This document shows, piece after piece, positions 38,575 through 47,110 of a stretch of DNA of 64,000 nucleotides. Positions within the stretch are counted from its first letter, which is position 1. Each line of letters begins with the position of its first letter. Below the pieces are notes generated by a model that was not told the DNA's origin, did no database searches, and was given only the letters and a program-made list of their open reading frames with translations. Both the position numbers and the translations under genes were made by a program. Origin of the DNA: a virus; the IMG/VR virus record IMGVR_UViG_3300045988_125874, one strand, 5' to 3'.

Positions 38575-38913
38575 TTATTCGTTTTTAAGTTCTTTCAATA
38601 CCTTTTTCACTATCTCATATCTATTAAACTTCCAATTAGTATAAATATCCTCTATGTGCTTGTCATATATGTATGAATACAATTGAGAACGAAAAGATTC
38701 TCCATCTAGCCCACTATCATCATAATCATCGTACATCATCAATTCATGAGCTACTTCATTACATTCTTGATGTGTGACGAAATCATACAAAGTCCTATCA
38801 TAAACATTTGTCTGACGGACATACTTTTGTCCCGGCTGTATCTTGCAGGCACAAAAATCACATATATGCTCTTTCTTGGCTGTTGGATAGGTTTCTCTTA
38901 GTACTATTGGCAT
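38575..38913 (-). CDS. Hypothetical Cys/His-containing protein (112 aa)
   Basis: ORF track; HICDFCACK...THQEC. Confidence 0.5.
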   Translation of the reverse strand: MPIVLRETYPTAKKEHICDFCACKIQPGQKYVRQTNVYDRTLYDFVTHQECNEVAHELMMYDDYDDSGLDGESFRSQLYSYIYDKHIEDIYTNWKFNRYEIVKKVLKELKNE

Positions 38914-38927
38914 AATTAGTCTCCTTT

Positions 38928-39230
38928 CTATTTCAAAGTGTATTGAAAGCCTTCTTCTTTCAGTATGCTATCAATCAATCCATCTATTTCCTGATCGGAT
39001 AGAAATTGCTTACCTGCATCCTTTTGCTTCCGAAGTTCAACTTTAAGCCTATTCTCTATCCTTTTCAACGCTGTACAAGTGTTCTTATCAGGATAATGCC
39101 AATCAATAGAACTGCGAATAATTGCTTTAATATGATCTAATTCTAGGCTATCTGGGCAATGTTCATTGAGAAAGTCTAAATCCTCTTTGATTAGTTTCTC
39201 ATACGCCTCTTTACTTATCTTTATGCTCAT
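38928..39230 (-). CDS. Hypothetical protein (100 aa)
   Basis: ORF track. Confidence 0.5.
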   Translation of the reverse strand: MSIKISKEAYEKLIKEDLDFLNEHCPDSLELDHIKAIIRSSIDWHYPDKNTCTALKRIENRLKVELRKQKDAGKQFLSDQEIDGLIDSILKEEGFQYTLK

Positions 39231-39233
39231 ATC

Positions 39234-39428
39234 TTATACTTTTTCCTTCTTTACCAATTCAACTTCTGTCGGCTCTTCATCTTCCCATTTTACTTCGGGA
39301 AATAGAGAAGAGTCAAGCTTATAGAAATCATGGGGATTGTCACTACATAATTGCCAACTTTCCGAATACTTCACGGGTTGCTTTTTATAAAGATACAAAT
39401 CACCGTCCTTGTCTCTTGCTACATACAT
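39234..39428 (-). CDS. Hypothetical protein (64 aa)
   Basis: ORF track. Confidence 0.45.
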   Translation of the reverse strand: MYVARDKDGDLYLYKKQPVKYSESWQLCSDNPHDFYKLDSSLFPEVKWEDEEPTEVELVKKEKV

Positions 39429-39429
39429 A

Positions 39430-39720
39430 TTAGTCTCCTTTCTTTAGTTCTTTGATAAGAGCATCAGCTACTCTAATAGATCCAATCGCAATATCATTAT
39501 AGGTTTCGCTATCATCATTCATTCCTAAAGCAATACAATACCCTTGCATAGCAGATTTTGCCAATTCATAACGTCTCTGTTCCCAATCAATAGTTTCAAA
39601 ATCTTCAAAGAAGTCCAATTCTGACACTTTGAAATACCTACCTTTCACTAAGGCAGTACCATCATCATATAAATCCTCAATCTCCACAATTTCTCCGGTT
39701 GCTTTTATTCTTGCTTTCAT
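39430..39720 (-). CDS. Hypothetical protein, paralog of 47863-48198
   Basis: Shared features: MK.R.K.TGEI..I, IDWEQRRYE.AK, ADALIKELKK. Confidence 0.55.
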   Translation of the reverse strand: MKARIKATGEIVEIEDLYDDGTALVKGRYFKVSELDFFEDFETIDWEQRRYELAKSAMQGYCIALGMNDDSETYNDIAIGSIRVADALIKELKKGD

Positions 39721-39722
39721 AT

Positions 39723-40064
39723 TTAGTCTCCTTTCTCTTTAATCCGTTCTAGTACATCTCTGTTGGCTTCCAGTATTTCATCAAAAGATGGTATTGGCAT
39801 CCACGCAAGTACTTCACTAGAACCAAACACCATTCTTTTTTCGCCAATATAGAAAAGTTCTTGAATTTGCATTTCCCCTTCATATTCATAAAGGACTAAA
39901 ACTTTTTCCTTATAGTTCGGCAATCGTTCTTCTACACTTATCCACGGTGATTGCTTGGTTCCAGCCTCATAACCTTTTGCATACACTTTTCGTAAATAGC
40001 CCTCTATTACACGAGGTTGGTTTATCCGGTTAGCCAATAGGCTTACTATATCTTTTAATATCAT
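39723..40064 (-). CDS. DUF551-like protein, paralog of the C-terminal half of 48822-49208
   Basis: SPWISVEERLP plus the shared tail PIPSFDEILEANRDVLERIKEK. 38 bp are identical at the DNA level. Confidence 0.6.
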   Translation of the reverse strand: MILKDIVSLLANRINQPRVIEGYLRKVYAKGYEAGTKQSPWISVEERLPNYKEKVLVLYEYEGEMQIQELFYIGEKRMVFGSSEVLAWMPIPSFDEILEANRDVLERIKEKGD

Positions 40065-40065
40065 A

Positions 40066-40293
40066 CTATTTATTGTTTAATTTTTCTTCAAACTCCGCAA
40101 TGATGCAATCAGCATCACCGCCATGTACCCAGTTTTCTAAAACAGAGGAAAGGACCTCTATTGATTGCTTTGCATGCCATTCTGCACCAGCCATAAAATC
40201 TTTTTGCGTCTCTTTGTATAAAACACCTTTATCATCAGGATTATATAGCCCATCAGCGTATTTTTTTGCTGCTTCTTCTAATGTCTGTTTCAT
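40066..40293 (-). CDS. Hypothetical protein, paralog of the N-terminal half of 48822-49208
   Basis: The MKQTLEEAAK... start is shared. Confidence 0.5.
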   Translation of the reverse strand: MKQTLEEAAKKYADGLYNPDDKGVLYKETQKDFMAGAEWHAKQSIEVLSSVLENWVHGGDADCIIAEFEEKLNNK

Positions 40294-40311
40294 ACTTTAT
40301 GTTGTTTTATG

Positions 40312-40587
40312 TCAATTTATTATTGCTTTTTCTACCAATTCCTTAGAATATTTCTCAATCTTGTCTTGAGATAGCTTTCTGAATTCAGGAAAATTCACAC
40401 GCATCCAATTTCTTATTTGCATACCTTCCCTCAATCCTACAGGATGAAACGGAATGTGTTTTCTATTGAAATTCAACCTTAGGATGGGGAAAACGCATCC
40501 TTTCAAACCTTTCAAGTGTCGGAAGTACCTTAGGTTTTCTTCCCCAAGGTACTTTTTAAGTGCATCAATGTGTTGTTGAGTAATCAT
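40312..40587 (-). CDS. Hypothetical protein (91 aa)
   Basis: ORF track. Confidence 0.5.
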   Translation of the reverse strand: MITQQHIDALKKYLGEENLRYFRHLKGLKGCVFPILRLNFNRKHIPFHPVGLREGMQIRNWMRVNFPEFRKLSQDKIEKYSKELVEKAIIN

Positions 40588-40829
40588 AGCTTCAATCCAT
40601 CAGCAGTAGGTTCTATAACTGTTCCCGTTGAAGGATCTTTACTTGATGGATAAGGATTATCAGTACCCAGTCGTTTCAAATCCATACCGAGCCACATAAC
40701 AGCTTCTTGTAATTTTGTGATAGTAAGGCTACGTTCACGACTTACTGGAAGGTCTTTCACTTCTTGAATCTTAGCATCAATTTCTTGACGCAATCTTTTG
40801 TTTTCTACAACTTCTTGTTCAAATGTCAT
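40584..40829 (-). CDS. Small helical phage protein (81 aa)
   Basis: ORF track. The motif SRERSLTITKLQEAVMWLGMDLKR recalls a widespread small phage protein family, but I cannot name the family. Confidence 0.5.
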   Translation of the reverse strand: MTFEQEVVENKRLRQEIDAKIQEVKDLPVSRERSLTITKLQEAVMWLGMDLKRLGTDNPYPSSKDPSTGTVIEPTADGLKL

Positions 40830-40874
40830 AATGTTTAAGGATTTTACAAAGCCCGTCCAAGGCTATTTAATTCG

Positions 40875-41090
40875 TTATTTTATCGTTTTACGGTTTTCTC
40901 TTAGTTCTTTTTCACTGACAATATTATTAGTTCTGTTACCAAGATTAGAAACAGTTGTTGTATTATTGGGCTTACAATACAAACACATTTGAGTAAAAGG
41001 TGAATATACTCTCCCACACTTCGGGCAAATCCATCCCTGCTGCCCGAACATTCCATTATATGGATTTACTGAACTTGATTCTGTTTTCAT
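40875..41090 (-). CDS. Zinc-ribbon protein, paralog of 49210-49404
   Basis: VNPYNGMFGQQGWICPKCGRVYSPFTQMCLYCKPNN is nearly identical in both copies. Confidence 0.6.
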   Translation of the reverse strand: MKTESSSVNPYNGMFGQQGWICPKCGRVYSPFTQMCLYCKPNNTTTVSNLGNRTNNIVSEKELRENRKTIK

Positions 41091-41365
41091 AATGATAGTC
41101 TTTTAATGTCATCTACTGATAGTTTGTCCTTATCTTTGGCATATTCAAAGAATCCTACTACAGGACATACACATTCGGGAATAGTATAATCATCAGTTTC
41201 AGGTAACGTTACCAATATACTAAGTCCTACACCATTGATATATTCGCAAGAAACAAAATTGTCAAAGTCGATATATCTTTGCGCCTCCTTAGCTATAATG
41301 TCACAATTCTTTCGATATTCATCATAGCTTTTGATAGTACTATTAATAAATTTATCTATATTCAT
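41087..41365 (-). CDS. Hypothetical protein (92 aa)
   Basis: ORF track. Confidence 0.5.
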   Translation of the reverse strand: MNIDKFINSTIKSYDEYRKNCDIIAKEAQRYIDFDNFVSCEYINGVGLSILVTLPETDDYTIPECVCPVVGFFEYAKDKDKLSVDDIKRLSL

Positions 41366-41376
41366 TTCTGTTTTAG

Positions 41377-41634
41377 TTATTTAGTTACTATTGTTCTATC
41401 ACTCCTTACCACTTTCATCTTAGGCTTCTTAAACTGTTTGTCGCATGATGTATAAGGAAGCCAATACGATCTATCTTCATATAAATACTGATCTATTGGA
41501 ACAAGATGAAATAGCTCATTGTCAAAATCTACCCCTATCAGCATACACTCTATATCAACTTCAGGATGCTTCTGGTGATAGACGATAATTTCACTATGTC
41601 GATAGGAGTAATGAATAAATTGATTGCGGGTCAT
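41377..41634 (-). CDS. Hypothetical protein (85 aa)
   Basis: ORF track. Confidence 0.5.
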   Translation of the reverse strand: MTRNQFIHYSYRHSEIIVYHQKHPEVDIECMLIGVDFDNELFHLVPIDQYLYEDRSYWLPYTSCDKQFKKPKMKVVRSDRTIVTK

Positions 41635-41713
41635 GATTAGATCATTTTTCGTTTTTAAGTTCCTCTAATATTTTATTTCTCCTGATAATCCCATACGATA
41701 ATGTGGAAGGGGA

Positions 41714-42016
41714 TTACGTATCTTCATTTTCGGCAGTTTCAGCTATATTCTTCAACTCTTCAAATGACGGAATCCAGCCGGTAGGCATAATCCCTGAAGC
41801 GTTAATATATTGTATGGCAACCTCATATTTCTGTTTCGCAATTTCAATCATGCTGTTAGCTAAATTGATATTGTTCTTTTTGTTTCCTACGTAATCAGGC
41901 ACCGGTTCTTCCCGTTTGATCTTTGCGTTTTTCAAAAGAATAAGAACTTGGTTTATCTCCCGCAGATGGGTGACTGTAGAGGTAAAGGCGTAATGGTATT
42001 CACTGTATTTGCTCAT
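41714..42016 (-). CDS. Hypothetical protein (100 aa)
   Basis: ORF track; preceded by the CGTAAAACAAA motif. Confidence 0.5.
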   Translation of the reverse strand: MSKYSEYHYAFTSTVTHLREINQVLILLKNAKIKREEPVPDYVGNKKNNINLANSMIEIAKQKYEVAIQYINASGIMPTGWIPSFEELKNIAETAENEDT

Positions 42017-42037
42017 ATCTATTTTGTTTTACGCTAA

Positions 42038-42259
42038 TCAAAAAGCACCGCCATCACAAGCAAATAAAATGGAATCTACAACTCTATATTTATCTATTCG
42101 ACCATCTTCCGTTTCACATGAAGGATTTTCCTTGCTTCCTTTCAATATATTCAAATTACCGTCAGCAAAGAGTATGAGATTCTTAGGTTTCTTTCGGATT
42201 AACTTCTTCAGCTCTTTAATCCATTCCTCTTCTTTCTTCGTTAGTTTGATTATTTCCAT
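42038..42259 (-). CDS. Hypothetical protein (73 aa)
   Basis: ORF track; preceded by the CGTAAAACAAA motif. Confidence 0.5.
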   Translation of the reverse strand: MEIIKLTKKEEEWIKELKKLIRKKPKNLILFADGNLNILKGSKENPSCETEDGRIDKYRVVDSILFACDGGAF

Positions 42260-42285
42260 AATGTCCCTTTCTATTTTGTTTTACG

Positions 42286-42517
42286 TTAACCTTCTACTGT
42301 TTTAAACAGAGTAACTATCTTAATCCATCTCTTACGCTCACCCAAAGTCTTTGCAGCTTCCATTTGAGCTTGTTGATAATGACAATGCGATTTGTCGAGA
42401 ATGCCATCAAGCCAATATTTTTTTATATTCCTCTGTCCGGTAAGCTAATCTGAAGGTCTCCGTGAATAAAACGTTGTCTATTTCAAATTGAACAAAGAAG
42501 TTGTCTGTTTTAAGCAT
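42286..42517 (-). pseudogene. Small gene split by a frameshift at an A7 homopolymer (T7 on plus strand, 42418-42424)
   Basis: Manual translation: MLKTDNFFVQFEIDNVLFTETFRLAYRTEEYKK then a stop after 3 codons. The +1 frame continues YWLDGILDKSHCHYQQAQMEAAKTLGERKRWIKIVTLFKTVEG* and ends exactly at the next intergenic motif. Confidence 0.45.
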
Positions 42518-42544
42518 AGATGTTCCTTTCTAATTTGTTTTACG

Positions 42545-42685
42545 TTAATCAATTGCAGGTTCATACGTGTAGTATTTCCATCCTTTATAAGAGTTTTTCC
42601 AATTACAATAGTCTGATGCATCTTTTTCTTCAAAAAATACAGCTACGTTGTGTCCGTAACAGTCATACACTCTATATTTCTTCAT
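42545..42685 (-). CDS. Small ORF (46 aa, MKKYRVYDCYGHNVAVFFEEKDASDYCNW...)
   Basis: Manual translation. Fills the gap between flanking genes; its stop lies in the conserved intergenic motif. Confidence 0.4.
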   Translation of the reverse strand: MKKYRVYDCYGHNVAVFFEEKDASDYCNWKNSYKGWKYYTYEPAID

Positions 42686-42698
42686 ATCTCTTTTGTCT

Positions 42699-42947
42699 TT
42701 AATATGGGTTTATACAATTTTTCAAAGCGTTCTCCCACTCATCCTCTGTTATTTGGATCATATCATCATAAAGATTAAATCCTATAATGTAACATCCTCT
42801 CTTATAGTTATTTTCGATATATTCACAATGAAAATATCGAGATTCTTTATCAAACATACCTTCAGGGGTTAGTTGAAATATCTTCTTTCCTTCCTTATAC
42901 CACCTGTGAGGTATTTTCTTGTTGAAATGTTTTACAAAAGTGCTCAT
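42699..42947 (-). CDS. Hypothetical protein (82 aa)
   Basis: ORF track. Confidence 0.5.
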   Translation of the reverse strand: MSTFVKHFNKKIPHRWYKEGKKIFQLTPEGMFDKESRYFHCEYIENNYKRGCYIIGFNLYDDMIQITEDEWENALKNCINPY

Positions 42948-43005
42948 ATTTAATTTGTTTTACGCAAATCCTTGATAATTCTTCAAGAACTTGCAAGGTT
43001 TTACT

Positions 43006-43488
43006 CTAATTGATTCGTATATACTTACCTGCGATATCGCAAGTTCTTAATATATCGGCATTATCTTCGCCGAAAGCGATTAGGATACTTCCGCAACCGG
43101 GCGAATCTCCACGAGTCCCATCAGGTCGGAAGAACCTAATCCGGTTACGTAGAAATTTCATAGCTGTTGCTTTTTCAAAGATGACATCTTGGAACATCTT
43201 ACTATCGCAGCGGTTGAATAGTAGAGCGATGCCGTTACCGTGTTCTGCCAGACGTTTAACGAAACGTTCTATTAGAGGACGGGAGTAAGGTGGATTTAGC
43301 CAAACACGACCTACCCAATCTTTAGTTAATCCGTCATGGTTCTTGTTGTACATTTGTGTAGCTGTTTGCCAAAGCGGTTTAACCGGAGCGCATGGATCTA
43401 AATCGAACTTTCCCAATGCGTCTATAATTTCTTTTGGCGTGTACCATTCATCGGTGGTATTAACCGATTTCTCAAAGGTTGTATTCAT
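43006..43488 (-). CDS. DNA N6-adenine methyltransferase (phage Dam family)
   Basis: TDEWYTPKEIIDALGKFDLDPCAP...DGLTKDWVGRVWLNPPYSRP (NPPY catalytic motif, phage Dam layout). Confidence 0.8.
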   Translation of the reverse strand: MNTTFEKSVNTTDEWYTPKEIIDALGKFDLDPCAPVKPLWQTATQMYNKNHDGLTKDWVGRVWLNPPYSRPLIERFVKRLAEHGNGIALLFNRCDSKMFQDVIFEKATAMKFLRNRIRFFRPDGTRGDSPGCGSILIAFGEDNADILRTCDIAGKYIRIN

Positions 43489-43602
43489 TGAAAATATTTT
43501 AATTAATTGTATCCATCAAGTGGTCCGCTATCGCATACACCACCAGGTAAAATAAGATGTTCACTCCTAGGAGAAGGAGGATGTTTAGGAGTATTCTCAT
43601 AA

Positions 43603-44007
43603 CTAATCCAGCTTCTCGTTACTTTCGAAAATATGAGCAAACGTACTTTTTTCATCTGATAGATCGAGTCCAAGTTGTGAAGGGTGACGTTTGATGTAAT
43701 TATAAAATGCGAACATCTTCTTGTCATCGTCACCGCAGCGGTCTACCAACAGCCGGATGAAAGCCAGAAGACAATCGGAGTCGTTTCCGAAGTTTTCCTG
43801 TGTGGAGAACTGTGTTTTATCCACATCTTGTTTCAATTTCCGGATCGCGGCTATTGCTGTGTTGAAATTGCGTTTCGCATCGTGGCGTAATTCATAGCCT
43901 TGCTTTCCCATTTCGCTTCTCAAATCATAGAGAAGGGTTTCTACGACATCTGTCAACACGTATGCTAGGTTGAGGGTCGTATTAAGATTTGTTGTTCCTA
44001 CTAACAT
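43603..44007 (-). CDS. Hypothetical protein (134 aa)
   Basis: ORF track. Confidence 0.55.
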   Translation of the reverse strand: MLVGTTNLNTTLNLAYVLTDVVETLLYDLRSEMGKQGYELRHDAKRNFNTAIAAIRKLKQDVDKTQFSTQENFGNDSDCLLAFIRLLVDRCGDDDKKMFAFYNYIKRHPSQLGLDLSDEKSTFAHIFESNEKLD

Positions 44008-44182
44008 GATTTATTATACATTTTTCAATTCCACTTATGCGCCATGAACTTTTCGATGGCTGCTTTACTTTAGTGTACAACGAGCATCGTTTGCATATAG
44101 GCTTCAGATGCCTTCCGTCGTAATGAATACCGTTACAGATTACCGGATAACTTTGGAGTATCATCTGTTCGGTTATTGGCAT
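43982..44182 (-). CDS. Hypothetical Cys-containing protein (66 aa)
   Basis: ORF track. An alternative 47-aa ORF starting at 44276, with the AGAGCAATG context, overlaps it in another frame. Confidence 0.3.
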   Translation of the reverse strand: MPITEQMILQSYPVICNGIHYDGRHLKPICKRCSLYTKVKQPSKSSWRISGIEKCIINHVSRNNKS

Positions 44183-44398
44183 TGTGATTTAGTAGGTAGA
44201 TAACAGGCATGAGAATAGATTGAGTGAGCCTGTTGAGTACCACTTCTTTTTCAGTTAATTTTCTTCTTGTTTTCATTGCTCTTATATTTTATATGTTTCT
44301 GATTTACAGGTGTAAAGTTACTTGATTTGTAGCTTGTAAACAAACGTTACTTTTCTTATTTGCATAGCTTTAGATTAAATTACCCTGTTGCAAATCAG

Positions 44399-45187
44399 CT
44401 ATTTCCTTCTGCTATTTCCTGTAAGGGGGATGAGATTGAAACTCTTGAATCGGTCAACAAGTCGATCAGCAAAACGCTTTTTAAATTCTTCTGCATCAAG
44501 ATTGCTTGTTATGTGATACATCTTGCCAAATTGCTGGTAAATCTCATATCTTGCATATAAAAATTCATCTATCACACTGTTTAGACTAGTGCCATAACTT
44601 TTCTGATTCTCCGTTTCCAGCCCTATATCGTTCAAGCAGATATTAAACGGCTCCGGTTTAAACCCTTTCGATTGTCCTTCATTGAACGTATGTCGATCTA
44701 TATGACCATTCATCTTGTAATAGTTCATCATTTGAGTAACCGATAGGTTCTCAAAAGTATTCGGGTTATGAGTCAATCGTAAATAATCAGAAAAAATCTG
44801 CATAAGCATCGTTTTACCGGTACCGGGTTCTCCGACAAGTAGCAGGTTTTTATGGATTTTGTAATCTTCATCTGGGAAAACCTGTTCTGCATACCGGCAT
44901 CCATTGAAGTAGTAAAGCAGGAAAGACAACACCTTTGAGTTGTTTTCGTCTACTTCAAACTCTCTGAATTCACGTCCCATATAGTTATTCCCGATATACC
45001 TGATAAAATCACGATGGGCATAAAACTCATTGGGATTCGTCAAGTCATATTCAAAATCTTGAAGAATAGTCTTTCTGTGGCGCTCTATCAGATTCCCGAT
45101 CTGCTCCTTTTTCAGCTTTGCTGCAAATGAATTTCTCTGTTGGACCTGTTGTAGTTGATCCGATAGTTCCTTTTCCAGAATTTCCAT
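44399..45187 (-). CDS. DnaC/IstB-like AAA+ ATPase (helicase loader)
   Basis: Walker A LLLVGEPGTGKTMLMQIF; follows the replication initiator gene. Confidence 0.7.
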   Translation of the reverse strand: MEILEKELSDQLQQVQQRNSFAAKLKKEQIGNLIERHRKTILQDFEYDLTNPNEFYAHRDFIRYIGNNYMGREFREFEVDENNSKVLSFLLYYFNGCRYAEQVFPDEDYKIHKNLLLVGEPGTGKTMLMQIFSDYLRLTHNPNTFENLSVTQMMNYYKMNGHIDRHTFNEGQSKGFKPEPFNICLNDIGLETENQKSYGTSLNSVIDEFLYARYEIYQQFGKMYHITSNLDAEEFKKRFADRLVDRFKSFNLIPLTGNSRRK

Positions 45188-46058
45188 TTTTTGCCTTAGA
45201 AACGATTTCGTTATACTTCGAGTTAATATTAGCTACGCTAAAGTTATCCAGTAACCAACTATCCTTGACGGACGTGAGGAATACTTGGAGAGCGTACAAC
45301 ACAGAGGCATCATCAACGGGAATATGTCTTTGTTCCCGTGAAAATGTTAGCTTACGAAGCAACTGGGACATATTGCCGGCATCTTTGGCAGTCCAGTAAT
45401 ATTCTTCGCCAAAAGTATTTCTGAAATGTTCTTCAAAAGCCTTTCGAGCGTTAGCATTTAGGCTATTAGCCCGTTTAGGCTTTGCAGGATTGTCTTTAGC
45501 AATCTTTTCTTCAAGTTCCTTAATTCTGGCTAAAGCCTCATTCAAGGCATGATCTTTTTCAGAAATGACTTTTTCTAAATCCTCAACCCCCTTGGGGGGT
45601 ATGGGGGGAATATTATTATTTTCTATTTCTTCTTCTATTTCTATTTTAGGAATGGATTGTTCCGTGATTAATCCGTGATTAATCCGTGATTGTTCCGTGA
45701 TTTTAGATAAACCCTTAAATAGTAGCTCTTTAGGCACATTTACATCTTCAAAATTTGGCTTATTTATCTTTTGGTGCAGACTAAACTTAGGCAGATAATA
45801 GAATTCCTCACCGCGATATGAGAACAGACTAATAAATCCATTTCTTAGAATCTCCTGACAAATTTTCTCAAACTGTTGAATCTGTATTTGGTCAAAAGGA
45901 AATATTTTAGACTTTAACCAAACCATATCGGCACGGATTACCCCCAAGTCATCACAGAAGTTCCACATGCCTATATAGAGAAGTCGAGCATCCCTACTAA
46001 TTTTAGCTATTTTGGAATCATCCCAGAATTGTGGTTTTATCATCCGATTTCTTGGCAT
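45051..46058 (-). CDS. Replication initiator / replisome organizer
   Basis: N-terminus IKPQFWDDSKIAKISRDARLLYIGMWNFCDDLGV. Carries four in-gene iterons. Upstream of the DnaC-like loader. Confidence 0.65.
   Translation of the reverse strand: MPRNRMIKPQFWDDSKIAKISRDARLLYIGMWNFCDDLGVIRADMVWLKSKIFPFDQIQIQQFEKICQEILRNGFISLFSYRGEEFYYLPKFSLHQKINKPNFEDVNVPKELLFKGLSKITEQSRINHGLITEQSIPKIEIEEEIENNNIPPIPPKGVEDLEKVISEKDHALNEALARIKELEEKIAKDNPAKPKRANSLNANARKAFEEHFRNTFGEEYYWTAKDAGNMSQLLRKLTFSREQRHIPVDDASVLYALQVFLTSVKDSWLLDNFSVANINSKYNEIVSKAKNGNSGKGTIGSTTTGPTEKFICSKAEKGADRESDRAPQKDYSSRF
45661..45702 (-). repeat. Origin iterons: 4 x TCCGTGATT at exact 11-bp spacing, inside the initiator gene
   Basis: Copies start at 45661, 45672, 45683 and 45694. 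They are flanked by an AT-rich tract and G-runs (45590-45655). Confidence 0.75.
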
Positions 46059-46224
46059 ATTAATAAGGTATTATCCATCCATAACATAATTCATGGTCAG
46101 TTATAAAAGAAGCTCTATATTTTCATTGTTTCTATTTGTGGAACTCGGAAACAACTACTCATACAGAGCTGACTTATATTTTCCTATACGAGAGTTCCAC
46201 CAATCGCATCAATTATTTTCACGG

Positions 46225-46264
46225 TGTAAAACTAATCAAAAGTGACGTAAACTCAATCACTTTT
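46225..46264 (-). promoter_or_regulatory. -7 box (TAGTTTTACACC) plus copy 4 of the 27-bp dyad motif, upstream of the replication genes
   Basis: tgtaaaacta at 46225-46234; aaaagtgacgtaaactcaatcactttt at 46238-46264. Confidence 0.6.
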
Positions 46265-46295
46265 GATCTATTATTTTTTCGTGATTAACTTTATT

Positions 46296-46748
46296 TTAAT
46301 ATCCAGTCTTATTTAACCGCAAAGCTTCCTTTTCATAACTCAATAGAGTACGTAATGCGTCTAACTGATGAGTTGCTGAAGCGTTAAGTCGATCTAGTCG
46401 ATCCACTAAGAATGATTCGTTTTCTGCAATACTATCAAGTAGGGCGTTTTGTACTTTTGCAGACAAGCAGTTTTCCTGTGCTATCTTAATAATAGTGTTT
46501 TGTATTTCATCCGATTTTCTTTTGCGAAGCATTCTTTTAGCATCTGCAAGCATTTCACCGGTTCTTACTACATATACCATAGTAGCTGCAATCCTTTCCT
46601 GTATTTCTACAGGGTTGTTTTGGCATGTAATATTTAGGAATCCACTTATTTCTTCCATTTCTTGTATGATAGGGAGTAGGGGACAGTCGTTTATTTTACA
46701 CGAGCCTGTACCATCATTTTTAGGGCAGTATTTACAGTTTATTTCCAT
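46296..46748 (-). CDS. Hypothetical protein (150 aa), N-terminal Cys cluster
   Basis: ORF track; CKYCPKNDGTGSCKINDC. Confidence 0.55.
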   Translation of the reverse strand: MEINCKYCPKNDGTGSCKINDCPLLPIIQEMEEISGFLNITCQNNPVEIQERIAATMVYVVRTGEMLADAKRMLRKRKSDEIQNTIIKIAQENCLSAKVQNALLDSIAENESFLVDRLDRLNASATHQLDALRTLLSYEKEALRLNKTGY

Positions 46749-46760
46749 AATGATGTAATA

Positions 46761-47102
46761 TTAATCTTTAGGTGAAAATTCATATTTGAGCTCTTTATCG
46801 TCAAGTATGTATTTTTTGAATAACTCATTTGCATCTATTCCGTTATGTTCCAGATATAAGATGTAAGTATAAAAAAGAGCAGCTGCACTTCCTTCTGTCA
46901 AATACATATTCGTTTGGGTAGCGCGTCCGGAACTTTGAGGATTTTCTACCGATAACAGGTAGGCATCTTCTTCTGTATACGCAACGGTAACAAGACGGTG
47001 ATCTGCAAATTCGCACCTAACCATATTATTGATTGCTACTTTTCTTGCAGATTCATTATCAAATCCAAGGGTAATTTCACCAATGTTTTTACTTTCTTCC
47101 AT
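46761..47102 (-). CDS. Hypothetical protein (113 aa)
   Basis: ORF track. Confidence 0.55.
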   Translation of the reverse strand: MEESKNIGEITLGFDNESARKVAINNMVRCEFADHRLVTVAYTEEDAYLLSVENPQSSGRATQTNMYLTEGSAAALFYTYILYLEHNGIDANELFKKYILDDKELKYEFSPKD

Positions 47103-47110
47103 AAGAGGTA

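Noticed and set aside
43503-43733. Minus-strand 76-aa ORF overlapping 43603-44007.
   Set aside because: It is an alternate frame of a better ORF. Only a short hydrophobic 32-aa ORF in the 43489-43602 gap might be real, and that is unsupported.
45661-45702. Short direct repeats as a possible CRISPR array.
   Set aside because: Only four 9-bp units with 2-bp spacers, inside an ORF. This is the classical iteron geometry, not repeat-spacer architecture. No CRISPR-like array was seen elsewhere.
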